The notes beneath the pieces were generated by a model. The model saw only the letters and a list, made by a program, of their open reading frames with translations. It searched no databases and was not told the DNA's origin. Shown one piece after another: positions 9,085-17,809 of a stretch of 64,000 nucleotides of DNA (position 1 is the stretch's first letter; every line of letters begins with the position of its first letter). The stretch is from an uncultured bacterium (GTDB taxonomy: Bacteria > Muiribacteriota > CAYSPT01), in contig CAZQHK010000016.1 in assembly GCA_964593455.1 (NCBI GenBank), positions 18,339-82,338 on the forward strand. The letters run 5' to 3'. The translations under genes and the position numbers were made by a program.

Positions 9085-9954
9085 TTGATAAACGTGAATA
9101 CGCCCGGCCCGGGCCCGGCCGGTATGGGTCCGAAACGGGTAGATATAACAGACGATATTTCGATAGGCCCGGGACTTTCACTGGTGCTTATAGCGGGACC
9201 CTGTGTTATCGAGTCGGGTGATCACTTGCTTGATATCGCGGCCAAGATGGCCGAGATCAGCCGTTCCTGCGGGATTCCGTATATCCTGAAAACATCATTT
9301 GATAAAGCCAACAGGACCTCGGGAAAATCGTATCGCGGGCCTGGCCTGGAAGAGGGTTTGCGTATCATGGCCGAGGTCAAAGAACGAACCGGCCTGCCGA
9401 TCCTGCTCGATGTTCACGAGCGGGACCAGATAGCTCCGGCGGCTGAAGTTGCCGAGATATTGCAGATCCCGGCTTTTCTCTGCCGTCAGACTGATTTTGT
9501 TCAGGACGTCGCCCGCTCGGGCCGGGTGGTAAATATTAAAAAAGGCCAGTTTCTTGCTCCCTGGGATCTCCGGCACGTGGTTGAAAAGATTGAGGCTGTG
9601 GGAAACACCAGAATTCTTCTTACCGAACGGGGAACTAGTTTTGGATATAACAACCTGGTGGTGGATTTCAGCGCGCTGCCGGTTATGGCTTCGCTCGGGT
9701 ATCCGGTAGTGTTTGATGCCACCCACAGCGTCCAGCGTCCCGGAGGGGCCGGTAACGCTACCGGCGGCCGCAGGCAATACGTCCGGCACCTGGCCCGGGC
9801 CGCGGTGGCAGTCGGCGTTGACTCCCTTTTTCTGGAAGTACATGACAGCCCGGATGATGCTCCATGTGATGGGCAGAATATGCTGTCGCTTGAAGAGATG
9901 CCGCTTTTGCTTGACGAGGTACTGTCGATCAGAAAAGCTTTGAATGGTAGGTAG
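9085..9954 (+). CDS. kdsA: 3-deoxy-8-phosphooctulonate synthase (KDO8P synthase)
   Basis: LIAGPCVIES and KTSFDKANRTS motifs, DAHP/KDO8P synthase family. TTG start at 9085; an alternative ATG start at 9124. Confidence 0.9.
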   Translation: MINVNTPGPGPAGMGPKRVDITDDISIGPGLSLVLIAGPCVIESGDHLLDIAAKMAEISRSCGIPYILKTSFDKANRTSGKSYRGPGLEEGLRIMAEVKERTGLPILLDVHERDQIAPAAEVAEILQIPAFLCRQTDFVQDVARSGRVVNIKKGQFLAPWDLRHVVEKIEAVGNTRILLTERGTSFGYNNLVVDFSALPVMASLGYPVVFDATHSVQRPGGAGNATGGRRQYVRHLARAAVAVGVDSLFLEVHDSPDDAPCDGQNMLSLEEMPLLLDEVLSIRKALNGR

Positions 9955-11278
9955 TGTGGAATTCTTTCGAAAAATCCTGGACACCCTCGGGGATGAGATT
10001 GTAGCACTTAAAGACGGTTCGACCGTCCAATGGGCGAACGAGACGTTTTGCAGCAACTGGAAAGTTACCCTCGGGGATTTGAGAAAACGACCGGTCTCTG
10101 AAGTACTGCCCGGTCCACGACTGGCGCGGGCACTTTTAAAAGGCCGATCGTTTAAAGCGCGTCTTTACACCGTGGGTGATGATTCTGCTCACGGCACAGC
10201 CCGCTACCGAGCCACGTATCTTCCGGCTATCTTGCCGGTCAGTTCCGGGACCTGGGATATACTGGTTCTCACTCCCATCAGCGGCAGTCCTTCCAGGGGT
10301 GTGGGCACGCACGCCAGGTTGACCTTCAGCGATATAATTGGCGTGAGCAAGGGTATAAAACAGGCCATCAGGACAGGAAAACTGGCGACCCGCCGGAGCA
10401 CCACGGTTCTCATTAAAGGAGAGAGCGGAGTTGGCAAGGATGTTTTTGCCCAGGCCATTCACAACGAGAGCGGCAGCAACCGCCCTTTCGTGGCCGTCAA
10501 CTGTGCCGCTCTCCCGCGTGAACTGATGGAAAGCGAATTGTTTGGCTACATGGGTGGATCGTTTACCGGTGCGGCCCCGGGCGGGCGGCCAGGAAAGTTC
10601 GAATTAGCCGACGGGGGAACTATCTTTCTGGATGAAATAGGCGAACTTCCTCTTTCCCTCCAACCAAAACTGTTGCGGGTATTACAGACCAAAGAAATCA
10701 CCAGGATAGGCGCTGAATGTTCGAAACCAGTGCAGGTCAAAGTCATTGCGGCCACAAAACAGGATCTCGAAGAGAAGGTCAGGGAGGGGTCATTCCGGGA
10801 CGATCTTTTTTACCGCCTTAATGTTATTACCATGCGTATTCCTCCGCTCAGAGAACGAGGCGATGATGTCCCGCTGCTGGTAAAACATTTTCTCTCGAAG
10901 ATCTGTCCTTCCATCGGGATACCGTGCCCGGAAGTGGACGATCCGGTCATGGAAGCATTGACCAGGTGCATGTGGCCGGGAAACGTCCGGCAACTGGAAA
11001 ACGTAATCGAGCGCGAACTTTTGTATCTGCCGGCAGGTGAACGGATCTTGAAGCACATACCCGATGAAGTTCTCCGGCCTGACAGTTCCATTGATCAGTG
11101 CGGTGAAGGTTCAGTCCGGGTCTTCCCGGGGGATGACTTGTCCCTGCGCGCCAAGGAAAAACAGATGATTATCCAGGCGATTGAGAGAGCCAGGGGGAAT
11201 ACCGCTGCCGCCTCCCGCATGCTCGGCATCTCACGGGCAACGCTCTATCGAAAAATGGAACGCTACGGCATAGAGTGA
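9944..11278 (+). CDS. Sigma-54-dependent transcriptional activator (bacterial enhancer-binding protein) with N-terminal sensor domain and C-terminal Fis-type HTH
   Basis: AAA+ sigma54-interaction domain with Walker A GESGVGKD. GSFTGA is a variant of the GAFTGA loop. FYRLNV motif. C-terminal RATLYRKMERYGI helix-turn-helix. Confidence 0.85.
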   Translation: MVGSVEFFRKILDTLGDEIVALKDGSTVQWANETFCSNWKVTLGDLRKRPVSEVLPGPRLARALLKGRSFKARLYTVGDDSAHGTARYRATYLPAILPVSSGTWDILVLTPISGSPSRGVGTHARLTFSDIIGVSKGIKQAIRTGKLATRRSTTVLIKGESGVGKDVFAQAIHNESGSNRPFVAVNCAALPRELMESELFGYMGGSFTGAAPGGRPGKFELADGGTIFLDEIGELPLSLQPKLLRVLQTKEITRIGAECSKPVQVKVIAATKQDLEEKVREGSFRDDLFYRLNVITMRIPPLRERGDDVPLLVKHFLSKICPSIGIPCPEVDDPVMEALTRCMWPGNVRQLENVIERELLYLPAGERILKHIPDEVLRPDSSIDQCGEGSVRVFPGDDLSLRAKEKQMIIQAIERARGNTAAASRMLGISRATLYRKMERYGIE

Positions 11279-11438
11279 CCGTGTAAAGACATTTTTTTAA
11301 AAAAATTAAACTTCAAATAACTCCCTCCCTCCGACTTATCCACACCTACTTGACCGCTAAAGCTGTGATTAATAGAGGTCTTAAAAATTATCAACAAGTT
11401 ATTAACAATTTATCCACAAGTTTTTCATAAAAAAATAC

Positions 11439-11466
11439 TTGCAAGCTGGGCTCAGGTGGGTATAAT
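11439..11466 (+). promoter_or_regulatory. Sigma70-type promoter of the dcw operon (-35 TTGCAA, 16-nt spacer, -10 TATAAT)
   Basis: TTGCAA at 11439-11444 and TATAAT at 11461-11466, about 70 nt upstream of the mraZ start, in the only sizeable intergenic gap ahead of the cluster. Confidence 0.45.
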
Positions 11467-11474
11467 AAGTTACG

Positions 11475-11515
11475 TAGTGGAGATCAAGTGGTGTTTAAGT
11501 GGGGTAAAGTGGGGG
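11475..11515 (+). promoter_or_regulatory. Array of four direct repeats (A)AGTGG(G) at 10-11 bp spacing, putative MraZ operator
   Basis: GTGG cores at 11477, 11488, 11499 and 11509, between the -10 element and the mraZ RBS. Helical-turn spacing and GTGG core match the MraZ binding-repeat architecture described for E. coli (TGGGN x3) and Firmicutes/Mollicutes (GTGG). Confidence 0.4.
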
Positions 11516-11538
11516 CGGATTAGTGAGGGAGGTCTTCT

Positions 11539-11964
11539 GTGTTTATTGGACATTATGAGCATACCGTAGATGATAAAGGGCGGCTCATAATTCCTTCCGA
11601 CTACAGAAAACTGCTCGGCAAACTGTTCGTCCTCGTCAAAGGCCTGGATAAAGCGATTACCATCTATCCCAAGGATGAGTGGGAAAAAGAAGCAAAGCGG
11701 CTATCCTCATTTTCATACCGGCAGAAGCATGTCCGTGATTACGTGCGGCCATTCTACGCTTCAGCCACCAAGGTTTCCCTGGACCGACAGGGAAGAATCT
11801 GTATCCCGATTACCCTGAGAAAGGAGGCCAGAATTCAAAAAGAAGTCGTTATCAACGGTATGGGAAGTTTTGCTGAAATATGGGCACGAGAAGAGTGGGA
11901 TCGCTTCAAGCAGGAAGCTGACGCAGTGTATGAAGAGAGGGCAGAATTGCTGGAAGAGATATGA
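11539..11964 (+). CDS. mraZ: Transcriptional regulator MraZ
   Basis: GTG start with GAGGGAGG RBS. FIGHYEHTVDDKGRLIIP and the second DxxGR repeat (DRQGRICIP) are MraZ signatures. First gene of the dcw cluster. Confidence 0.9.
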   Translation: MFIGHYEHTVDDKGRLIIPSDYRKLLGKLFVLVKGLDKAITIYPKDEWEKEAKRLSSFSYRQKHVRDYVRPFYASATKVSLDRQGRICIPITLRKEARIQKEVVINGMGSFAEIWAREEWDRFKQEADAVYEERAELLEEI

Positions 11965-12035
11965 GTATGTATTATGAGGGGGATTTAGACGTACGTATTA
12001 CTAAGGGGATCTAGAAGGAGGAGCGGGCGGTAGAT

Positions 12036-12521
12036 ATGATGCGACAGATACAAGATCACCAGCTGAGTACAAGAGAATCAGAGAAGGGGCTGGCAGCAAT
12101 ACTTACTGTGGCTGAAGCTTTGAAAAAAGAAAATGCAAAAGACAAACAACTTCAGAAACGGACTAAATCGAGTAAAAGTAAAATGTTTCAAGGTATGCAG
12201 GAAGAGATGACGTTTTCCGAGAAAATGAAATACCTGGACCAGCTTCCGGAACACAAGATGGCTCAGGGAAGTAAAGGCGATCGATATTTTGATATCGGCA
12301 CCTACCGGCCGTGGGGTATGGAGAGTATCAGTTTTCTGGTTGATATGATGCGTGAAAACGCGACTCCGATGGAAATAGCTTTTTTGAGCAGAAGATCATA
12401 CTACGATGTGCTGGCTATGCACCGTATTTACAAGTGGGTTATAAGGGAAGATTCTCAGGAGCGCCGTTTGCGTTTTAAGAAGAGGTTAAAAAAAGTAGTG
12501 GAAGCGGAAGAGGAGAGGTAG
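12036..12521 (+). CDS. Hypothetical protein inserted between mraZ and rsmH; possible small DNA-binding protein
   Basis: Strong RBS GAAGGAGGA ahead of ATGATG. 161 aa, Lys/Glu-rich N-terminus. C-terminal TPMEIAFLSRRSYYDVLAMHRI segment resembles a sigma-region-4-like HTH. No homolog recognised. Confidence 0.5.
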   Translation: MMRQIQDHQLSTRESEKGLAAILTVAEALKKENAKDKQLQKRTKSSKSKMFQGMQEEMTFSEKMKYLDQLPEHKMAQGSKGDRYFDIGTYRPWGMESISFLVDMMRENATPMEIAFLSRRSYYDVLAMHRIYKWVIREDSQERRLRFKKRLKKVVEAEEER

Positions 12522-12556
12522 AGAGTATTTCTGTCGCTGGTGGTCACTCGCCGGTT

Positions 12557-13465
12557 ATGGTACGGGAAGTACTGCACTATCTGAATCCATGTCCGGGAAA
12601 CAGATACGTTGACTGCACCGTCGGCGCCGGCGGACACGCTCTTGAGATTCTTAAAATTATTGGCTCCTCAGGCTCGCTGCTGGGTATAGACTGCGATTCA
12701 GAAACACTGACTTTAACTTCCCGGCGTTTGCAGCCGTGGCCAAACTTCATCCCCTTTCATGCTAATTTCTTCGAACTGTCTCGCATCCTGTCGGAAGTAG
12801 GGTGGACCGGGTTTGATGGGATCATGTTCGATCTTGGATTTTCATCTCTTCAGGTCGACGATCCCGAACGAGGATTCAGTTTTACCAGGGACGGTCCTCT
12901 TGATATGCGCATGGATCGAAAAAGCAACCGTTCGGCGGCGGACCTGGTTAATGATCTTTCAGAAAAAGAACTGGGTACGGTCATAAAGAAGTTGGGAGAG
13001 GAACCTCTGGCCAGGCGGCTGGCGCGGGCTGTGGCCCGGGAGAGAAAAAGGAGTCGGATACAAACAACGGGAGAACTAAAATCGATACTGGAAGGATCGG
13101 TTCCAACCGGGAATCCAATTCGTAAACAACTGGCGGTCAGGCGGACCTTCATGGCTCTGCGCATTGCCGTTAACCGTGAACTGGATGATTTGAGAGAGGT
13201 CTTGCAGACGGGAGTGAAGTACCTTCGTCCCGGAGGACGAATGGTAGTACTGTCATATCATTCGCTGGAAGACAGGATCGTGAAACATGCGTTTCGCGAC
13301 CTGTCGGGCCGTTGCACCTGTCCTTCTTGGGTGCCTGAATGCCGGTGTGAACCCAGAACATTGCTAAAAATCCTGGCTTCGAAGCCGATAATTCCAGAAG
13401 AGGGAGAAATACGGGGAAATCCGCGTGCACGAAGTGCGAAACTGAGAGCAATTGAAAGGTTATAA
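12557..13465 (+). CDS. rsmH: 16S rRNA (cytosine1402-N4)-methyltransferase
   Basis: DCTVGAGGHA SAM-binding motif, FDLGFSS and SYHSLEDRIVK motifs. The true N-terminus may lie a few codons upstream; HSPVMV resembles the canonical HIPVLL start. Confidence 0.9.
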   Translation: MVREVLHYLNPCPGNRYVDCTVGAGGHALEILKIIGSSGSLLGIDCDSETLTLTSRRLQPWPNFIPFHANFFELSRILSEVGWTGFDGIMFDLGFSSLQVDDPERGFSFTRDGPLDMRMDRKSNRSAADLVNDLSEKELGTVIKKLGEEPLARRLARAVARERKRSRIQTTGELKSILEGSVPTGNPIRKQLAVRRTFMALRIAVNRELDDLREVLQTGVKYLRPGGRMVVLSYHSLEDRIVKHAFRDLSGRCTCPSWVPECRCEPRTLLKILASKPIIPEEGEIRGNPRARSAKLRAIERL

Positions 13466-13468
13466 ACG

Positions 13469-13903
13469 GTGAGAGATCGCTCGATCATGCAATGGCGATA
13501 CGGAAAGAAGCACTCTCTCGCCATGTCCGGCTTAAATCGGGGGGACCAGCAGTCTCCTGCTTTATCCGGTGAAGGAAAACGGTGGGCCACCGGAGTTTCA
13601 AAGCTCCGCGGGGGGCGTCGCCTGGTGCTGGTCCTGGGGTATACCTGCCTGGTGGTTCTCCTCTCGGCCTTCGTGTTCCTGCATATTTCCCAGTATGTGG
13701 AAATGACGGAAATACAATTCAGAATTAGTAAGCTAAAAAGAGACTTTACCCGGATTGAACGGGATATTCAGGTTTTACAGTTCGAGTTTGAAAAGATGGC
13801 CAGTGCCACCACTATCGAGGCCGAAGCCGTCAGCCGACTGGGGATGGTTCATCCGTCGGAAATCATGTTTGTTCTTTGGAACGAGGAAGGGAAACCCAGG
13901 TGA
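13469..13903 (+). CDS. ftsL: Cell division protein FtsL-like (single TM helix plus coiled coil)
   Basis: Position between rsmH and ftsI. TM segment LVLVLGYTCLVVLLSAFVFL followed by a heptad-like region. Start codon uncertain. Confidence 0.6.
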   Translation: MRDRSIMQWRYGKKHSLAMSGLNRGDQQSPALSGEGKRWATGVSKLRGGRRLVLVLGYTCLVVLLSAFVFLHISQYVEMTEIQFRISKLKRDFTRIERDIQVLQFEFEKMASATTIEAEAVSRLGMVHPSEIMFVLWNEEGKPR

Positions 13904-16041
13904 GGGGACCGGTAGATCGTTGGCGCATCATTATTTTCGGCGTCATATGCCTTGTCTTCATGACACTGCTGCTGGTACGCCTTTTTGATATCCAATACCG
14001 ACAGGGTCCTCGTCTGAGGCGTTTGGCTCTTCAAGCACACGTAAAAAAAGTCATCATCGACCGCCAGCGAGGCACCATGACCGACGGCAACGGTCGTGTC
14101 CTGGCCGTCAGCATGAAAGTGCCGTCCTGTTTTGTCGATCCCAGCCAGATTAAAAATCCGGACGAAGTGGCTGCACTTCTCACTCCGCATATCAGGGGGG
14201 TTTCACCGGAAAAGCTCAAAAAGGCTCTTAATAAAAAAAGCCTTTTTGCCTGGATCGAACGAAAAATGGAAACCAAACGGGCTGCGGCCATCAAAGCGCT
14301 GAAGATCAAGGGAGTTTACTTTCAGAAAGAGTACAAGCGCTACTATCCCCGCGAGAGCATGGCCGCGAACCTGTTGGGATTTGTAGGTATGGACGACAAG
14401 GGACTCGAAGGAATCGAATATTTTTATGATAAGATCATGAAATGCGACTCCGGGTATGCCATGTACAAGGGAGATGTCCGGGGATATGAAATCCCCGAAA
14501 GCAACCGGGAAGAGAAACCTCCGGAAGGTGGATTTGACCTTGTGCTCTCTATCGATGAAGTCATTCAGCACATCGTCGAGGAAGAAGTCGGTAATGTTTA
14601 CCGGAAGTATAAAGCAGAGTCCGCCATGGGGATTGTCATGGACCCGCATACCGGTGAAATTCTGGCTATGGCCAACTTTCCCAGCTACAATCTTAACTCC
14701 TTTGCCAATACCAAAGCCTCCACCAGGCGAAACCGTGTCATCACCGATATGTTCGAACCCGGTTCGACCTTCAAGCTCATCATGGCTTCGGCTGCCGAGG
14801 AAATGGGGCTGGTTAACAGCATAGACCGGTTCGAATGCGACGGGAAAATACGTATTGGGGGGTTTACCATCCGTTGCCACGCCTCTCACGGCATCCAGAC
14901 TTTTACCCAGGTAATTGCCAACTCCTGCAATGAAGGTACGGTTGAAATGGCCAAGAAAATCGGAAAAAAACGGTTCTATGAGTATATCCGTCGGTTCGGC
15001 TTCGGCAAGAAGACTGGTATTGCTTTGCCGGGTGAGGTGCCGGGCCGGATTATGTCGTACAAACGGTGGGCGGATATCGACCTGGGAGCTATCGGTATGG
15101 GACAGGCGGTGGGGATTACTGCTCTACAGATGGTTTCGGCTGTATCTGCTATCATGAACGGCGGCCAGCTGGTCAAACCGCGGGTAGTGCTGGCGATTGC
15201 TGACCCTGAAACCGGCCGGGTTGTGAAGCGGTTCCCGAAAGAACTCAGGCAGCAGGCCATCTCTCCCGAGACCGCGGCAAAAGTGATCGAAATCATGAAA
15301 GAGGTCGTGGTTAGCGGTACCGGCCGTCGGGCAGCCATGAAAAATTACGTGTTGGCCGGCAAGACGGGAACAGCCCAGAAGATTGACCGTGAGACCGGTA
15401 AATACTCGAGTAAAAAAGTGATCTCTTCATTCATTGGCGGCGGACCTTTTCCCGACCCACGGTTTACCATCATGGTAGTCATGGACGAGCCTAAAGACAA
15501 ACGGGCTTCCACGGGTGTGGTGGCGGTAGAACCGTTTAAACGTATAGCTGAACGGTGTTTGAATTATCTTTCGGTGCCGCCTACGGTGGCCGAAGAATCG
15601 GACGATGTCAAAGCGGCTGGTGTGGCTCAGGCTCAGGCTGATGAAGATGTGGGCAGGCAATTCATGGTCCTGGTCCCCCGATTTTTGGGTATGGGAAAAG
15701 CCAAGGTTGAAAGTATCGCCCGGCAAAACGATATGAACATCGATCTGGGCGGTGACGGCCCGGTGGTGATATACCAGTCGCCCGAACCGGAAACTCCCAT
15801 CCTCCCCGAATCCCGTATCGTTGTCTACCTGGGCTATTCATATTCTACTCCGGTTTCTCTCTCCAACCGGATGATGCCGTGCCTGGTGGGTAAAACCATG
15901 ATGGAGAGCGGCGAAGAGTTAAGTCCGTATCCGGTCCTGGTCAGGTTCATGGGCTCCGGTCTGGCCTACGCCCAGGACCCGGTACCCGGCACCCCCCTGG
16001 AAACAGGCGCGGAAGTCAAAGTATTCTTCGCCGCGGATTAG
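13876..16041 (+). CDS. ftsI: Penicillin-binding protein 3 / FtsI (class B transpeptidase) with two C-terminal PASTA domains
   Basis: N-terminal TM, dimerisation domain and transpeptidase motifs STFK (FEPGSTFKL), SCN (NSCNEG) and KTGT (AGKTGTA). Two C-terminal PASTA-like repeats (VPRFLGMGKAKVESIARQ... and MPCLVGKTMMESGEEL...). Confidence 0.9.
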   Translation: MERGRETQVRGPVDRWRIIIFGVICLVFMTLLLVRLFDIQYRQGPRLRRLALQAHVKKVIIDRQRGTMTDGNGRVLAVSMKVPSCFVDPSQIKNPDEVAALLTPHIRGVSPEKLKKALNKKSLFAWIERKMETKRAAAIKALKIKGVYFQKEYKRYYPRESMAANLLGFVGMDDKGLEGIEYFYDKIMKCDSGYAMYKGDVRGYEIPESNREEKPPEGGFDLVLSIDEVIQHIVEEEVGNVYRKYKAESAMGIVMDPHTGEILAMANFPSYNLNSFANTKASTRRNRVITDMFEPGSTFKLIMASAAEEMGLVNSIDRFECDGKIRIGGFTIRCHASHGIQTFTQVIANSCNEGTVEMAKKIGKKRFYEYIRRFGFGKKTGIALPGEVPGRIMSYKRWADIDLGAIGMGQAVGITALQMVSAVSAIMNGGQLVKPRVVLAIADPETGRVVKRFPKELRQQAISPETAAKVIEIMKEVVVSGTGRRAAMKNYVLAGKTGTAQKIDRETGKYSSKKVISSFIGGGPFPDPRFTIMVVMDEPKDKRASTGVVAVEPFKRIAERCLNYLSVPPTVAEESDDVKAAGVAQAQADEDVGRQFMVLVPRFLGMGKAKVESIARQNDMNIDLGGDGPVVIYQSPEPETPILPESRIVVYLGYSYSTPVSLSNRMMPCLVGKTMMESGEELSPYPVLVRFMGSGLAYAQDPVPGTPLETGAEVKVFFAAD

Positions 16042-16302
16042 TTAAACCTGCATATTCTACCTTTCTTTCTACACTGCTTGCTTTTCATCTCAATCTCATA
16101 ATCTTAGATTCAGGCTGGTACGCTGCTATTGTCTTTTCGTCCACACCAGTGCTTGTCTTTCGATGACCTCAACCTCTCAAGAAAGAAACGTGGAAAGAAG
16201 GGTTGTCGATTCTGGAAACGGAAATACAAAATGCAGTATTTCAATCTTCTCCGAAACACGTGATTACTGGTACAATAAGCCATCTGATGGGAGGAGTATC
16301 GG

Positions 16303-17802
16303 TTGATTCTCAGAGAGATGTTGGAAGGTGTTTCCGTGCTGGAAATGGTGGGAGATATCTCGGTTGAGGTGACCGCCGTGGAGACCGATTCCAGGAAAGC
16401 CGTACCGGGGGCGCTCTTTGTCTGTGTTGAAGGACAGCGGTTTGACGGCCATGATTTCGTGACTGAGGCCGCTGCAGGCGGTGCCCGAACTGTTATCTGC
16501 AACCGGTCGGTGCTGGTGCCTGAAGGAGTGACTCGGGTGCTGGTGCCGGACACCCTGAAAGCGCTTTCACGGGTTGCCGCCATGTTCTACGGTTATCCGG
16601 CCCGGTCACTTTCGCTGATCGGTATCACCGGCACTAACGGCAAGACCACCACTTCGTACCTGGTCGAGTCCATCTTGAGACAGGCCGGTTACCGGACCGG
16701 GCTCATCGGGACCATCAAATACCATATTGGAGATAAAGAACTGCCGGCGCCTTTTACCACGCCGCTGGCCCACTCCCTGCACGCCATCTTCAGGCAGATG
16801 GTCGATGTCGGGGTTGAAGTAGTGGTGATGGAGGTATCCTCACACGCCCTGTCTCTTATGCGAGTGGAAGATTGTTCGTTTTCAGTAGCCGCCTTCACCA
16901 ACCTGAGCCAGGATCATCTTGATTTTCACCAGAACATGGAAGACTACTTTATCTCCAAACAGCGGTTGTTTGACCTGTTGGACGAATCCTGCGGAGTGCC
17001 GGTGATCAACATCGATGGTCTTTATGGAAAGCGTTTGCAGGCGAGAATGAAAAATATTCCCCGGATGATCACTGTTTCTGCAGGCGGAAGCAAAGAAGCG
17101 AACGTGAAAGCAGCAAATGTGATGGCGAGACAAAGTGTAACGTTATTTGAACTCCAGTTCCTTTTTGGATCAAACCCCGTGGAGCTTGGCTTAAAAGGGC
17201 GATTTAATGTCCAGAACGCACTGGTGGCCGCCGGCGCCGCCCTGGCTATGGGGATTTCCATGGATCGGATAGTGGCCGGACTAGAAGCCGTGAACGGGGT
17301 GCCCGGCCGCTTCGAGGCGCTCCAGGGCGGTGGGATAACGGTGATCGTGGATTATGCCCACACGCCGGCGGGGTTGGAGAACGTGCTTGTAGCTGTTCGT
17401 GAAATAACTGCCGGCAGGGTGATCAGTGTGTTTGGGTGCGGTGGCGACCGGGACCGGAAAAAACGGCCGCTTATGGGAGCGATAGGTGCCCGCTTGAGCG
17501 ATTATGTGATCCTGACGAGCGACAATCCCAGGACGGAAGACCCGGAAGAAATTATTGAGGAAATCACCTGCGGGGTAAACACGGTTGACGGGGCTTTGAA
17601 ACGGATGTATGTCGAACCTTCCCGGGCCGCCGCTATTGAGAGGGCCATAACCATGGCCCATCCGGGAGACACCGTGGTGGTGGCCGGCAAAGGACACGAA
17701 GACTACCAGATATTCAAGCACGAGACAATTCATTTTGATGATCGTGAAGTAGTGCGGATCATTTTGGGTAATATGAAGTTAAAAAAACATCGAGGGTCAT
17801 GA
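16303..17802 (+). CDS. murE: UDP-N-acetylmuramoyl-L-alanyl-D-glutamate--2,6-diaminopimelate ligase
   Basis: TTG start 6 nt after GGGAGGAG. Mur ligase motifs GTNGKTTT. DNPR motif (TSDNPRTEDP) indicates meso-DAP specificity. Confidence 0.95.
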   Translation: MILREMLEGVSVLEMVGDISVEVTAVETDSRKAVPGALFVCVEGQRFDGHDFVTEAAAGGARTVICNRSVLVPEGVTRVLVPDTLKALSRVAAMFYGYPARSLSLIGITGTNGKTTTSYLVESILRQAGYRTGLIGTIKYHIGDKELPAPFTTPLAHSLHAIFRQMVDVGVEVVVMEVSSHALSLMRVEDCSFSVAAFTNLSQDHLDFHQNMEDYFISKQRLFDLLDESCGVPVINIDGLYGKRLQARMKNIPRMITVSAGGSKEANVKAANVMARQSVTLFELQFLFGSNPVELGLKGRFNVQNALVAAGAALAMGISMDRIVAGLEAVNGVPGRFEALQGGGITVIVDYAHTPAGLENVLVAVREITAGRVISVFGCGGDRDRKKRPLMGAIGARLSDYVILTSDNPRTEDPEEIIEEITCGVNTVDGALKRMYVEPSRAAAIERAITMAHPGDTVVVAGKGHEDYQIFKHETIHFDDREVVRIILGNMKLKKHRGS

Positions 17803-17809
17803 GGTTCCC

